A DNA stretch of 63,670 nt, counting the filler, from Stramenopiles sp. TOSAG23-6 (lineage: Eukaryota), in assembly GCA_900128565.1 (NCBI GenBank). It is 41 parts of 41 records of this genome, joined end to end, with 100 filler letters (N's around TTAATTAATTAA, not from the genome) between each part and the next. Parts side by side here need not be neighbours in the genome. Positions count along the whole stretch, not along the records: positions 49,891 to 51,334 come from LT639046.1; positions 51,435 to 52,878 come from LT639047.1; positions 52,979 to 54,421 come from LT639048.1; positions 54,522 to 55,964 come from LT639049.1; positions 56,065 to 57,506 come from LT639050.1; positions 57,607 to 59,048 come from LT639051.1; positions 59,149 to 60,589 come from LT639052.1; positions 60,690 to 62,130 come from LT639053.1; 33 more parts are not named here. One strand, written 5' to 3'. Of this stretch, positions 50,636 through 62,230 are shown one piece after another. Every line of letters begins with the position of its first letter. The stretch's first letter is position 1. A model generated the notes under the pieces. The model saw nothing but the letters and a program-made list of their open reading frames with translations, was not told the origin of the DNA and searched no databases. Made by a program: the position numbers and the translations under genes.

Positions 50636-51477
50636 CCTCCCTCCTAAGCTTGAAATTATCATAATGTCATCATATAATCCGCGTTTTACGCCGAGTTTGA
50701 AGGATATGACAGAAATTGTGTTCTCTTTTTACACGAGAGGAGCTAACGCGTGTGACACTACACGAGCGTGTTTGTCGTTTTTGTCTTTCGAATTCACGTG
50801 CACAGCACGTGCACGAAATTTTCTGCAGCCATTCGTTCTTCTTCATCAGATTCTAAAAAAATAAATTCGAAATTGAAAAAAAAAAATGAAATTTCAAATT
50901 TGTTTTGGTTTATTTAATTTATTTTGGTTCCATTTTGGTTTATTTTTTTTTGGTTAAAACTTTTTTTATAAACCCTAACCCTAACAATTTTTTCTCATGA
51001 GTCATGACCAAAGCTCAGATACATACCGACCATCAAATTCCAAAGATGAAATATACTCTTTTGCATTGTTTTGTGATAAATTACCAAATTGCATAGCGAT
51101 GTTCTCAAATGTAGAATGGACAGACCTGCCCATAGATGTACCACCACAAACAAATATTGAACCACCACATTCCTTTATCATGTAACAATACACAAAAAAG
51201 TCATAACACTAAGTTTTACATTTTTTCACAAAAAAAAATAAAAAAAAAAAAAAGTATGAAATTTCACAAAAAAAAATAAAATAAAAAAAAAAAAAGTATG
51301 AAATTTAAAAAAAAAAAAAAAAAAATAAAAAAATNNNNNNNNNNNNNNNNNNNNNNNNNNNNNNNNNNNNNNNNNNNNTTAATTAATTAANNNNNNNNNN
51401 NNNNNNNNNNNNNNNNNNNNNNNNNNNNNNNNNNATACATCTTACTAAAACTTACTGTATTTTTTTGCCTTTTTCAG

Positions 51478-51936
51478 CGAAGCGTTGGAGATGAAGAAGT
51501 TGACAATCGACTAAAGCAGGGAACAGAGTTGTTTGACGGGGAAGTTCCTTGGATACCGAGGATGAAAACTAAAGCTCAATATAGCTCTTCTTTAAAAAAT
51601 GGCAATGTATACCCTTGCTCAAATGATGCGAAGGCTTTAAAAATACTAGATATGACTGCTGAAAAATTTAGTAGTCTGGCAAATGGGACAAATTTCGATA
51701 CGGAGATTGCACCTCAAGAAGATAGTACTCAAAATGAACGTAAAAAAGATAGTACTTCAAATGCACGTAAAGAAGATAGTACTCCAAATGCACGTAAAGA
51801 AGATAGTACTCAAAATGAACGTAAAAAAGATAGTACTAAAAATGCACGCTTTCGTAAAGGTGTAATCGGAAATAATCTTCAATTACAGCCAAATCAAAAA
51901 ATCCAACCGAAAACAACTTTTCCTAGCGATTGCTAA
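51478..51936 (+). CDS. Last exon of an unknown protein with 30-bp repeats, preceded by a canonical AG acceptor
   Basis: CTTACTAA...polypyrimidine-CAG ending 51477; DST.N.RK repeats. Confidence 0.5.
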   Translation, partial: RSVGDEEVDNRLKQGTELFDGEVPWIPRMKTKAQYSSSLKNGNVYPCSNDAKALKILDMTAEKFSSLANGTNFDTEIAPQEDSTQNERKKDSTSNARKEDSTPNARKEDSTQNERKKDSTKNARFRKGVIGNNLQLQPNQKIQPKTTFPSDC

Positions 51937-52524
51937 AATTATTGAATTTATTTTCAAACCTTTATTTTTCTCCAGAGGCATAAAAGTCAACGTTGGGTTA
52001 ATATAATTTTTGTGTGATATAAAAATATTATCATAGTTTATTTTTGTGAAAGATTAATATGCCATGTAACTGGTCAATCAATCTTTTACGTTGCTTCTAT
52101 AATTGATACTTGGTTTATTCACTCTCACACCAAATATATTAATCATGAGAAACCCTAACCCTAACCTTGATTGGTTGGCCAATCAAAATGGCCAATCACA
52201 CACACTCGCGCAGCCCACGGTTAGTGAAAAAGAGCAAAGGTGTTTCTCTAAAGTGTAAGCTCAGCTCACAAGTCCATTTAATTAGTTTGGTAATATGTCA
52301 AAAGATAACAGATTGGCGAAATCTTCACCTTCAAAAGTTTGGTGGAGAACGTTTGATTCATACTTTCTGCTTTCATTTTGTCAAGGTCTAGCGTTCGGCC
52401 TTGGTCAACATGGTAGTAAATTATTCTACGATCTTATCTGGCAACGCTATAAACCTGCCAAATAGTATCAAAATAAAGTAATATTATNNNNNNNNNNNNN
52501 NNNNNNNNNNNNNNNNNNNNNNNN

Positions 52525-52878
52525 TGGAACGAAATAGCTGCGGTGTTGTGGCATGAGTTTCATCATTATCATCTACAATCAAATTACCGAATTGAATGAC
52601 TTCGTTAAACACTGTGCGTACTATTGTAGTACTTTCACTAGTAGTTATTTCAACAACGTATTTTTCCCTTAGTGAAACGATTTCAGTCGGCTCTAATTTA
52701 TTCAGACTCCTACTACCATGACCAAGTTGGCCCGATTGACCAGAACCCCATGTAAAGATTTCGCCAGTGGAGGTTAGAGCTACAGAGTGCATGAGGGCAC
52801 ACGAAATCTGTACCACAAATTTACCCTCTAGTATAGAAACTCCTTTTGGAATTATTTGATTTTCTTCCTCGCCGTGAC
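52525..52878 (-). CDS. RCC1-repeat protein fragment
   Basis: VQISC...HSVALT..GEIFTWG.G..GQLGHG. Confidence 0.88.
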
Positions 52879-53075
52879 NNNNNNNNNNNNNNNNNNNNNN
52901 NNNNNNNNNNNNNNNNNNNNNNTTAATTAATTAANNNNNNNNNNNNNNNNNNNNNNNNNNNNNNNNNNNNNNNNNNNNAAAATATTTTTTAAAATTTTTT
53001 TGTAATTTGTTTTGTTAGGTACAAAATTTCGTACGAAAAAAAAATAAATTTGAAATTTAAAAAAATAAAACATAC

Positions 53076-54131
53076 GTGCAATGCAGGTTGACAATTTTCG
53101 AAACTATTTATCATTGCGACAAAGACTAATACGATAATAGACACAATAAAATGAAAACTACGCCAAATTTTTGGACTACGAGCAGGCCAACCACCAATTG
53201 CTTTGACTAACTCAGGAGTCTTATATAGCGAGTAAACCCTCCAAAATATATATATATTGATAAAAAATATATCAAATTTGAAATTCGTTAGGTATAGAAT
53301 TTTTTTAACNAAAAAAAAAAAAAATACTTTCGTTAGGTACAAAATTTCGTACGAAAACTATTAAAAAAAAAATTAAAATTGTTTGTACAGGTGAAAACAT
53401 ANAAGCCGCTATAAGCAAAGTAGATAAAATAGATAGAACAAAGCCAACTGTATTCATATTCTCCTTTGTAATACCACTTGAATTTAAAAGAGTACTCACT
53501 TGACCATTTCCTGTTCCAGTCGCATGTATTGTGAAAAAATACTTTCAAAAAAAATCGTTAGGTACAAAATTTTCATAGTAAAAAAATAAATTTGAAATTT
53601 ATGATAAAAACGTACAAGAATTGTAATGTCAGCACAATTATAATAATTCTGATCACCGTCCCAGAACCACTGAAGAACACAATTATCGCATGTAGCTGTA
53701 GATGGTATTGTAACTTGCTTGGTTTCTGTTCCTTGAGCAGCACCACAGTTGAAAGATCCAGTGAGGTCAAATGTATCAGGAGACGTTGCATCAAGAACTC
53801 CTTGGTTGTTTACAGTGTATTCCGCATCGTCATTTTCTCCTGGTGCAATGGACTTTGTAGTCAAGCTTATTCGACAAGTGCCACCATGTGGAATAGTAAT
53901 TTGATGTGTTACTGTCATGGTTTGACCTGCCTCAAAGACTGCTGAAGGAGCACCCTTTATTTGCTGGTTTTCATCACCACAAGGACCAACCCCAGCTCCA
54001 CCTTTGTTGTTTCCTGCGTCACTGACACCAGTTCTAGGTTGAGGTACCGTCAGAAGTCCATGACCATATACTAAAGGCTGCGACACAAGCAAAACTAAAA
54101 TATGTGCCGTAGTGGATAATAAAGAATACAT
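53076..54131 (-). CDS. Secreted LPMO-like (histidine-brace) domain followed by transmembrane segments; introns 53524-53615 and ~53248-53402
   Basis: Signal peptide VYG|HG; P.PR; PCG; IPHGG; C..C.LQW; YYNCAD. Spliced continuation has at least 2 hydrophobic helices. Confidence 0.8.
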
Positions 54132-54521
54132 TTCAATGAAATCTTTTTATAAGCACAAAGATATATTATATTTTATGTCGAGATAAATCACGATTCAAAC
54201 GATTCAAAGTCGAAGACGCTAAAAAACGCGCCAACCCCAACCCTAACCAAAGGTATATAGATACCTTTGACCCTATAACCGCTAGCCTAAAATAATTAAT
54301 GAATCTTATTTTTATGCATATGAGAGAGAGAGAGAGAGAGAGGGTACCGTTTCACATTTTGCATATATAAATTCAAAATTGAGTAATATATATATATATA
54401 AATGAAAGATTATTCATATTTNNNNNNNNNNNNNNNNNNNNNNNNNNNNNNNNNNNNNNNNNNNNTTAATTAATTAANNNNNNNNNNNNNNNNNNNNNNN
54501 NNNNNNNNNNNNNNNNNNNNN

Positions 54522-55964
54522 AAAATATTTTTTAAAATTTTTTTGTAATTTGTTTTGTTAGGTACAAAATTTCGTACGAAAAAAAAATAAATTTGAAATT
54601 TAAAAAAATAAAACATACGTGCAATGCAGGTTGACAATTTTCGAAACTATTTATCATTGCGACAAAGACTAATACGATAATAGACACAATAAAATGAAAA
54701 CTACGCCAAATTTTTGGACTACGAGCAGGCCAACCACCAATTGCTTTGACTAACTCAGGAGTCTTATATAGCGAGTAAACCCTCCAAAATATATATATAT
54801 TGATAAAAAATATATCAAATTTGAAATTCGTTAGGTATAGAATTTTTTTAACGAAAAAAAAAAAAAATACTTTCGTTAGGTACAAAATTTCGTACGAAAA
54901 CTATTAAAAAAAAAATTAAAATTGTTTGTACAGGTGAAAACATANAAGCCGCTATAAGCAAAGTAGATAAAATAGATAGAACAAAGCCAACTGTATTCAT
55001 ATTCTCCTTTGTAATACCACTTGAATTTAAAAGAGTACTCACTTGACCATTTCCTGTTCCAGTCGCATGTATTGTGAAAAAATACTTTCAAAAAAAATCG
55101 TTAGGTACAAAATTTTCATAGTAAAAAAATAAATTTGAAATTTATGATAAAAACGTACAAGAATTGTAATGTCAGCACAATTATAATAATTCTGATCACC
55201 GTCCCAGAACCACTGAAGAACACAATTATCGCATGTAGCTGTAGATGGTATTGTAACTTGCTTGGTTTCTGTTCCTTGAGCAGCACCACAGTTGAAAGAT
55301 CCAGTGAGGTCAAATGTATCAGGAGACGTTGCATCAAGAACTCCTTGGTTGTTTACAGTGTATTCCGCATCGTCATTTTCTCCTGGTGCAATGGACTTTG
55401 TAGTCAAGCTTATTCGACAAGTGCCACCATGTGGAATAGTAATTTGATGTGTTACTGTCATGGTTTGACCTGCCTCAAAGACTGCTGAAGGAGCACCCTT
55501 TATTTGCTGGTTTTCATCACCACAAGGACCAACCCCAGCTCCACCTTTGTTGTTTCCTGCGTCACTGACACCAGTTCTAGGTTGAGGTACCGTCAGAAGT
55601 CCATGACCATATACTAAAGGCTGCGACACAAGCAAAACTAAAATATGTGCCGTAGTGGATAATAAAGAATACATTTCAATGAAATCTTTTTATAAGCACA
55701 AAGATATATTATATTTTATGTCGAGATAAATCACGATTCAAACGATTCAAAGTCGAAGACGCTAAAAAACGCGCCAACCCCAACCCTAACCAAAGGTATA
55801 TAGATACCTTTGACCCTATAACCGCTAGCCTAAAATAATTAATGAATCTTATTTTTATGCATATGAGAGAGAGAGAGAGAGAGAGGGTACCGTTTCACAT
55901 TTTGCATATATAAATTCAAAATTGAGTAATATATATATATATAAATGAAAGATTATTCATATTT
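54522..55964. repeat. Duplicate of contig 52979-54421 (redundant contig)
   Basis: Identical apart from one N. Confidence 0.95.
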
Positions 55965-56064
55965 NNNNNNNNNNNNNNNNNNNNNNNNNNNNNNNNNNNN
56001 NNNNNNNNTTAATTAATTAANNNNNNNNNNNNNNNNNNNNNNNNNNNNNNNNNNNNNNNNNNNN

Positions 56065-57506
56065 ATGATATTTCATCTAATACAACTTCGGATGATCCAA
56101 TATGTTTGACGAATAATTTATCAGATGAAATTACTGAGGTTAATGTACGTTTTCATCATGAATTTCAATTTTATTTGTTTTTTCGTATGAAATTTCATAC
56201 GTAACGAATTTGAAACTTTAAAATATTTTTTCTATTATATGAAGATACTGAATCTTCTGTGATGCAAAGTTCTTCTAGTACGGATAGTATTGTTGTAGTG
56301 ATCGATGAATCAATAGGAAAAAAGAATAATAGAATTCACCATGAAATAAAACAAAAATTGTTGAATATCAATGAAAGTACATCGGACAATTCAAAAGAAG
56401 AAACAACATCTACTATACCCGAAATTCCAATAAATCCAAAACAAATATTTGAAGAAATAAAAGAATTAAAAACTGCAAAACGTCATCAAATGCGCGATTC
56501 AGAGCATGTATGTTTTAGTTTTTTTCAATGTTTTATGTACAGTTTTTTTTTCGTACGAAATTTCGTACCTAACGATTTTATTTTGTGATTTCGTGTTTTT
56601 TCACAATACATGTCACTACAAGAATGAGAGATGACGTAATTGAACTACTCAAAATAATGGGTATTCCATATGTATTGAGTCCTTCTGAGGCTGAAGCTCA
56701 ATGTGCTGAATTAGAAATGAAAGGTCTTGTATATGGGACAATCACTGATGATAGTGATATATTTTTATTTGGAGGAAAACGAGTATTTCGAAATATTTTT
56801 GCAGATAATAAATTTGTTGAAGAATATAAAATGTCAGATATTGAAAAAGGTTTAGGTTTATCTAGGAAAGATCTTATACATATTGCTTTATTATTAGGCT
56901 CAGATTATACAGACGGTGTTAAAGGTATTGGAATTGTTAATGCATGTGAAGTTGTCTCTGCTTTTCCTAATGTAACAAGTGTAAAAACATCTGGTGATTT
57001 TAACCCTAACCCTAATTCGAACCCCAACCCTCAACTAAATTCTTCTTCTAGTGAGTCTAATTTATCTGGTTTAGAAAAATTTGGTCATTGGGCAAATGCT
57101 TTGCAAGATCCTTTACATTCAATTATGAAAGGTAAAAAAACATTATCTAAATCAATTCTATCGAAATTAACTCCAACTCAACATTTTATGTATAATCATC
57201 GGAAACAACGGCGTGTACGTTTTTCATCATGAATTTCTAATTTGTTTTTTTTTTTCATAGAAAATTTTGTACCTCACAAATTTGAATTTTTTTTTTTGAA
57301 ATATTTTTTTCACGATACATAAATGGTTAGTACCTAAAGACTTTCCTAACCCTCAAGTCATTACTGCGTACATGTCTCCTGTGACAGAAAAAAGTGATGA
57401 AATCTTTCAGTACGTTTTTCATTATGAATTTCAAATTTATTTTTTTTTTCTTACGAAATTTTGTACCTAACAAATTTCGAATTTAATTTTTTTTACAATA
57501 CATGTG
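56065..57506 (+). CDS. ERCC5: XPG/Rad2 endonuclease I-domain fragment; GT-AT introns 56145-56240, 56508-56611, 57215-57320, 57410-57503
   Basis: [54 protein letters not shown]. Confidence 0.92.
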
Positions 57507-57692
57507 NNNNNNNNNNNNNNNNNNNNNNNNNNNNNNNNNNNNNNNNNNNNTTAATTAATTAANNNNNNNNNNNNNNNNNNNNNNNNNNNNNNNNNNNNNN
57601 NNNNNNTTTCAAAATTTTTTTTAAAATTTTTTTCAAAATTTTTTTTAAAATTTTTCAAAAAAAAAATAAAAAATAATATGATTAAAACGAAC

Positions 57693-58800
57693 TTCAGATG
57701 CTAAAATTGCAGTTTTAAATGAACCTGATGTAGCTTGTGCACTTGATCCACATAATCCTCTATAAATACCAATCATTTGAACACGATCACCAGGTTTACA
57801 TTTATCAACAAGATCATTATCATGTATTGTAAAAAAATATTTATGAAATTTCGTACGAAAAAAAAATTTTAAATTAAAAAAAAAAAATAAAAAAAATAAC
57901 GTACAAGAACAACATCAACAGCACATGGTAATTGACCCATTGGTGCATGTTCAGGCATTTCTTGTATAACTAATGTTTGATGATCTTTATAAGATGACCA
58001 ACCAAATTCTGTTTCAATGTTTTGTATAAAAATATAATTTTTTTTTAAATTTGAAATGTTTCGTTAGGTATGAAATTTCATATAAAAAAAAAAAAAAATT
58101 GAAAAAAAAAAAAAAAAAAATTTGAAAAAAAAAAAACACAGGGGATTTCCTTCATCATCTTTAGTTGGATAGACACTTCCTGTAGGTAATCCAGATGTTG
58201 ATGTTGCATCACGATATTCACGTTGAATACTTTTTCCTGTTTTTGGACAATAATGTACACTACGTACAACTTTAGGTCGTACAAGAGACACTTTATATAT
58301 TTTTGAAAAATATTTTTTAAAATTTAATTTTTTTTTTCTTAGGTACAAAATTGACTACGAAAAAAAATTGAAAAAAAAAAAATTGAAAAAAAAAAATTGA
58401 AAAAAAAAAAATACAGTCGCGATTCTAAAAAGTTACTTAATAAACTACGTGGTGTTACATGATGACGGCCAAAACTACCCATAAAACCAATATGAAATTC
58501 AACATCTTCTTGGTTTTTACCATAGGATGGATCAATATGTAATACAACATCTTTTAAAGCACTTTCAAAAGCAGGAACAAAAGCTAATGGTGTTTGTAAG
58601 ACACGGGAACATAAATCAGCATCGAAGGCACGTAAATCATCTAAATCTAAAAGGAAACGTGTTTTTTTATCATCAAGCATTGATTGAACCTTTTTCATAT
58701 TGACATTATCCATATCATCAGCGTCAAGGAAATCCTGAAATCTACGCTTGTTTGCGTTATACTCCTCGTCGTCTTCACCCATGCCTCCAATACCTGACAT
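57693..58800 (-). CDS. MCM3: DNA replication licensing factor MCM3, N-terminal part; GT-AT introns 58295-58414, 58017-58139, 57822-57904
   Basis: [43 protein letters not shown]...IQEMPE.AP.GQLP; DLVD..KPGDRV. Confidence 0.95.
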
Positions 58801-59202
58801 TATTGTTTTGTATATATTTAACGTGTCGTGCTGTACAACTTTGTCGCTGTAGCAATTTCTTTGTTTAAAGTATCGTATTCAAAAGTAAAGTAGTTTAACT
58901 ATTACTTGATTAGACAATGCACAAATGTATCAGATTATAATGTTGTTGAAAATGATAAAGTAAGAAATATGAAACACTGTGTTCTATTCTATATGAAAAT
59001 AATATGAAAATCTTTCTTTTTTTTTTTTTTTTTTTTTTTTAATTTTTTNNNNNNNNNNNNNNNNNNNNNNNNNNNNNNNNNNNNNNNNNNNNTTAATTAA
59101 TTAANNNNNNNNNNNNNNNNNNNNNNNNNNNNNNNNNNNNNNNNNNNNGTACGAAATTTTGTACCTAACGATTTTTTTTTGAAATATTTTTCCAAAATAC
59201 AT

Positions 59203-60508
59203 GGGATCAAATGTCAAAAGCAAAGAAGAGAAGATTGCGTAAAATTGCACATCAACAAAAAGAAGAAGCAGCTGCTGCTATAATTGCTCAGAAAGAATGC
59301 GAAGAACGCAAATTAAAGGAAAACATGGTCAAAACTATCAAGGCTCGTATGCATCCCATGTACGTTTTCATCATTCTTTTCAAATTTATTTTTTTTGTAT
59401 GAAAATTCCGTATCTAATGATTTTTTTTACAAACAAAAAAAAAATATTTTTCACTATACATGTATAAAAGGTTTCACTTTAACTTGATGAATCTTAATCA
59501 ACCTATTGAAAAAGTACGTAGTGAAATGAAAGCGAAGTTTTTAGATTTGAGTGTGATTGATGGTAGTCGATGGGAAGAGCAAATTCCTCTACGTGGTCAA
59601 GGTACTCATCCAGATGCACCATGTATGTTTTATTTTTTTTCAATATCGATTTTTTTTCGTACGTAATTTTGTACCTAAGGGTTTTTTTTTTGAAATATTT
59701 TTCCAAAATACATCAAAATCATCAAAACGTCGAGATAGAATTAAAAGAGCCAAAATAAAATTAAGGCGAAATGCACCAATTGAAGAAAGATCATGTTGGC
59801 ATGAAGTGGGTAAAACAAATCCGCATTCGTTTGAATCAAAAAATAATCCAAAAAAAAAGACAAAAAAGAAAACTGTGGTTAAAATTGACAAACAAAAAAC
59901 TGTATTTATTTCTGGTTTGCCTCACCATGTTGGAATGAANAATGTCAGAAAATATTTTAAGCAATGTGGTGCTATAGCATTTATTACACTACCAAAGTTT
60001 GAAGATACAGGCCTTTCTAGAGGCATTGCTCAGGTGTATATTTTCATTATGAATTTCGATTTTTTTTTGTATGAAAATTTTTTTTATACGAAATTTTGTA
60101 CCTAACAAAAAAATAATTTGAAATATTTTTTCACAATACATTACTTTTACCAGGAAGGCTAGTGCAATGAGAGCCTTAGAACTAAATGGAGAATATTGGG
60201 GCTCTCGATATTTGGAAATTACACCACATGATGGAGGAGATCAGTGGCAACCAACGATGGACAAACCTGTTGGGTGTAAAACTATATTTGTAGGTAATTT
60301 AAGTTATGAAGTAGAAGAAGAAATTTTAAAGGAAGCATTTAAAGAAAGTGGTGAAATTCAATCACTTCGTTGGGGCACTGAAAAAGAATCTGGCGATTTT
60401 CGTGGATTTGCTCATATTACATTTTATAAGGAAGAAAGTGTTGGAAAAGCTGTAAAAATGGCTGGATCTATATTCTTAGGAAGACCTTTAAAAATTGACT
60501 ATGCTAAT
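59203..60508 (+). CDS. Two-RRM RNA-binding protein (nucleolin-like) fragment; introns 59360-59461, 59623-59713, 60036-60141
   Basis: TVFISGLP...RGIAQVTF; TIFVGNLSY...FRGFAHITF. Confidence 0.88.
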
Positions 60509-60689
60509 GTATGTTTTTTTTTTTTCAATTTCGAGTTTTTTTTTTCGTACGAAATTTTGTACCTAACGATTTTTTTTTGAAATATTTTTNNNNNNNNNNN
60601 NNNNNNNNNNNNNNNNNNNNNNNNNNNNNNNNNTTAATTAATTAANNNNNNNNNNNNNNNNNNNNNNNNNNNNNNNNNNNNNNNNNNNN

Positions 60690-62130
60690 TCTTTTTGGTG
60701 AAGGTATGTTTTTTTTTTTCAATTTCGAATTTATTTTTCTTTTCGTACGAAATTTCGTACCTAACAATTTTTAAAAAAATATATTTTTTCACAATATATG
60801 TTTAATCAAAGTTTTATTTGCTACAGAAACTTTTGCAATGGGTATCAATATGCCTGCCAAAACTGTTGTTTTTACTGCTGCTCGTAAATTTGATGGTACA
60901 GATACGCGATATATAACTGCTGGTGAATATATACAAATGTCTGGANNNNNNNNNNNNNNNNNNNNNNNNNNNNNNNNNNNNNNNNNNNNNNNNNNNNNAT
61001 GTCTGGACGAGCTGGTCGTACGTTTTCATCATAACCCTAACCCTAACGTTTTCATCATTCATTTCAATTTTTTTTTTTTTTTTAGTATGAAATTTCGTAC
61101 CTAATAATTTGTTTTTTAAAACATATTTTTTCATAATACATGTCGTGGGTTAGATGATCGTGGTATAGTTATACAAATGATTGATGAAAAAATGGAACCT
61201 GGTGCAGCACGTCAAATATTAAAAGGAGTTGCAGATCCTCTAAATTCATCCTTTCATTTAGGTTATAATATGTTATTAAATTTATTACGTGTGGAAGAAG
61301 CAAATCCAGAGGATGTATGTTTTATTTTTTTTATGATTCGCCAGTCTTTTCTTCAGTTTCAGACAGCTTCAATTTGTCCAAAGCTTAGAGAAGAGATTTT
61401 AAATTGTACAGAAAAAAGAGATTTAATTAATGTTCGAGATGAATCTTCTGTATCTTCATATTTTAAATTGACTGAACAAATGTCATATGAAGCACACAGT
61501 ATGATGAGACATATGTTTCAACCACAATATATTTTACCTTTTATGCAGCCTGGTCGTCTTGTCAAGATTAGAGATGATCATGGACAGGATTGGGGTTGGG
61601 GTGTAGTGATTAATTTCAGTAGGACACGGGGACGAAAAAGTAATGACAATGCACGTAAAAATGGGACGTCTACAAATATTACTGGTACTGAAGAGGAGGA
61701 TACATACGTCGCTGAATGTTTACTTCATGCTGCTAGTCGGCCAACTGGATCTATGGCCAAGGCGACACCATTTGTGGATTTGAAAGAAGACGAAAAACAC
61801 TTACAAAAAGATAAAAAAATGTCTACACATAAAAAACAGAAAAAGTCAAATAATCAAAATACCATTGTAAAAGATAGTGGTGAGATGGTCATTTTGCCAT
61901 TACTTCTTACCCAATTAGAAGCTGTGAGTACGGTACGTATTTTTGTACCTAAAGATCTTCGTATGCGTGAAAAACGAGACAGTGTTAGACGGTCTATTGA
62001 AGAAGTTCAACGGCGTTTTCCCAATGGACTTCCATTGTTAGATCCCTTGGAAGATTTGGGTATCGAAGACAAAGTAAGTTATTTTTTTCATTTTTTTTAT
62101 TTTTTTCATTTCTTTTATTTTTTCCTAGAT
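60690..62130 (+). CDS. MTR4: Exosome RNA helicase MTR4 fragment; GT-AT introns 60704-60799, 61018-61141; canonical GT-AG intron 62074-62128
   Basis: [64 protein letters not shown]. Confidence 0.95.
61018..61141 (+). mobile_element. Representative non-canonical GT-AT intron (introner-like family) splitting helicase motif VI
   Basis: GGT C|GTACG...TAATACAT|GT CGT restores GRAGRRG; there is no usable AG. Confidence 0.9.
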
Positions 62131-62230
62131 NNNNNNNNNNNNNNNNNNNNNNNNNNNNNNNNNNNNNNNNNNNNTTAATTAATTAANNNNNNNNNNNNNN
62201 NNNNNNNNNNNNNNNNNNNNNNNNNNNNNN

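Noticed and set aside
56506-56609. Reading the introns as standard U12 AT-AC (ATGTATG...ATAC)
   Set aside because: This works only where the exon ends in AT. It breaks MTR4 GEG and GRAGRRG and MCM3 VVLD, and there is no ATATCCTT donor.
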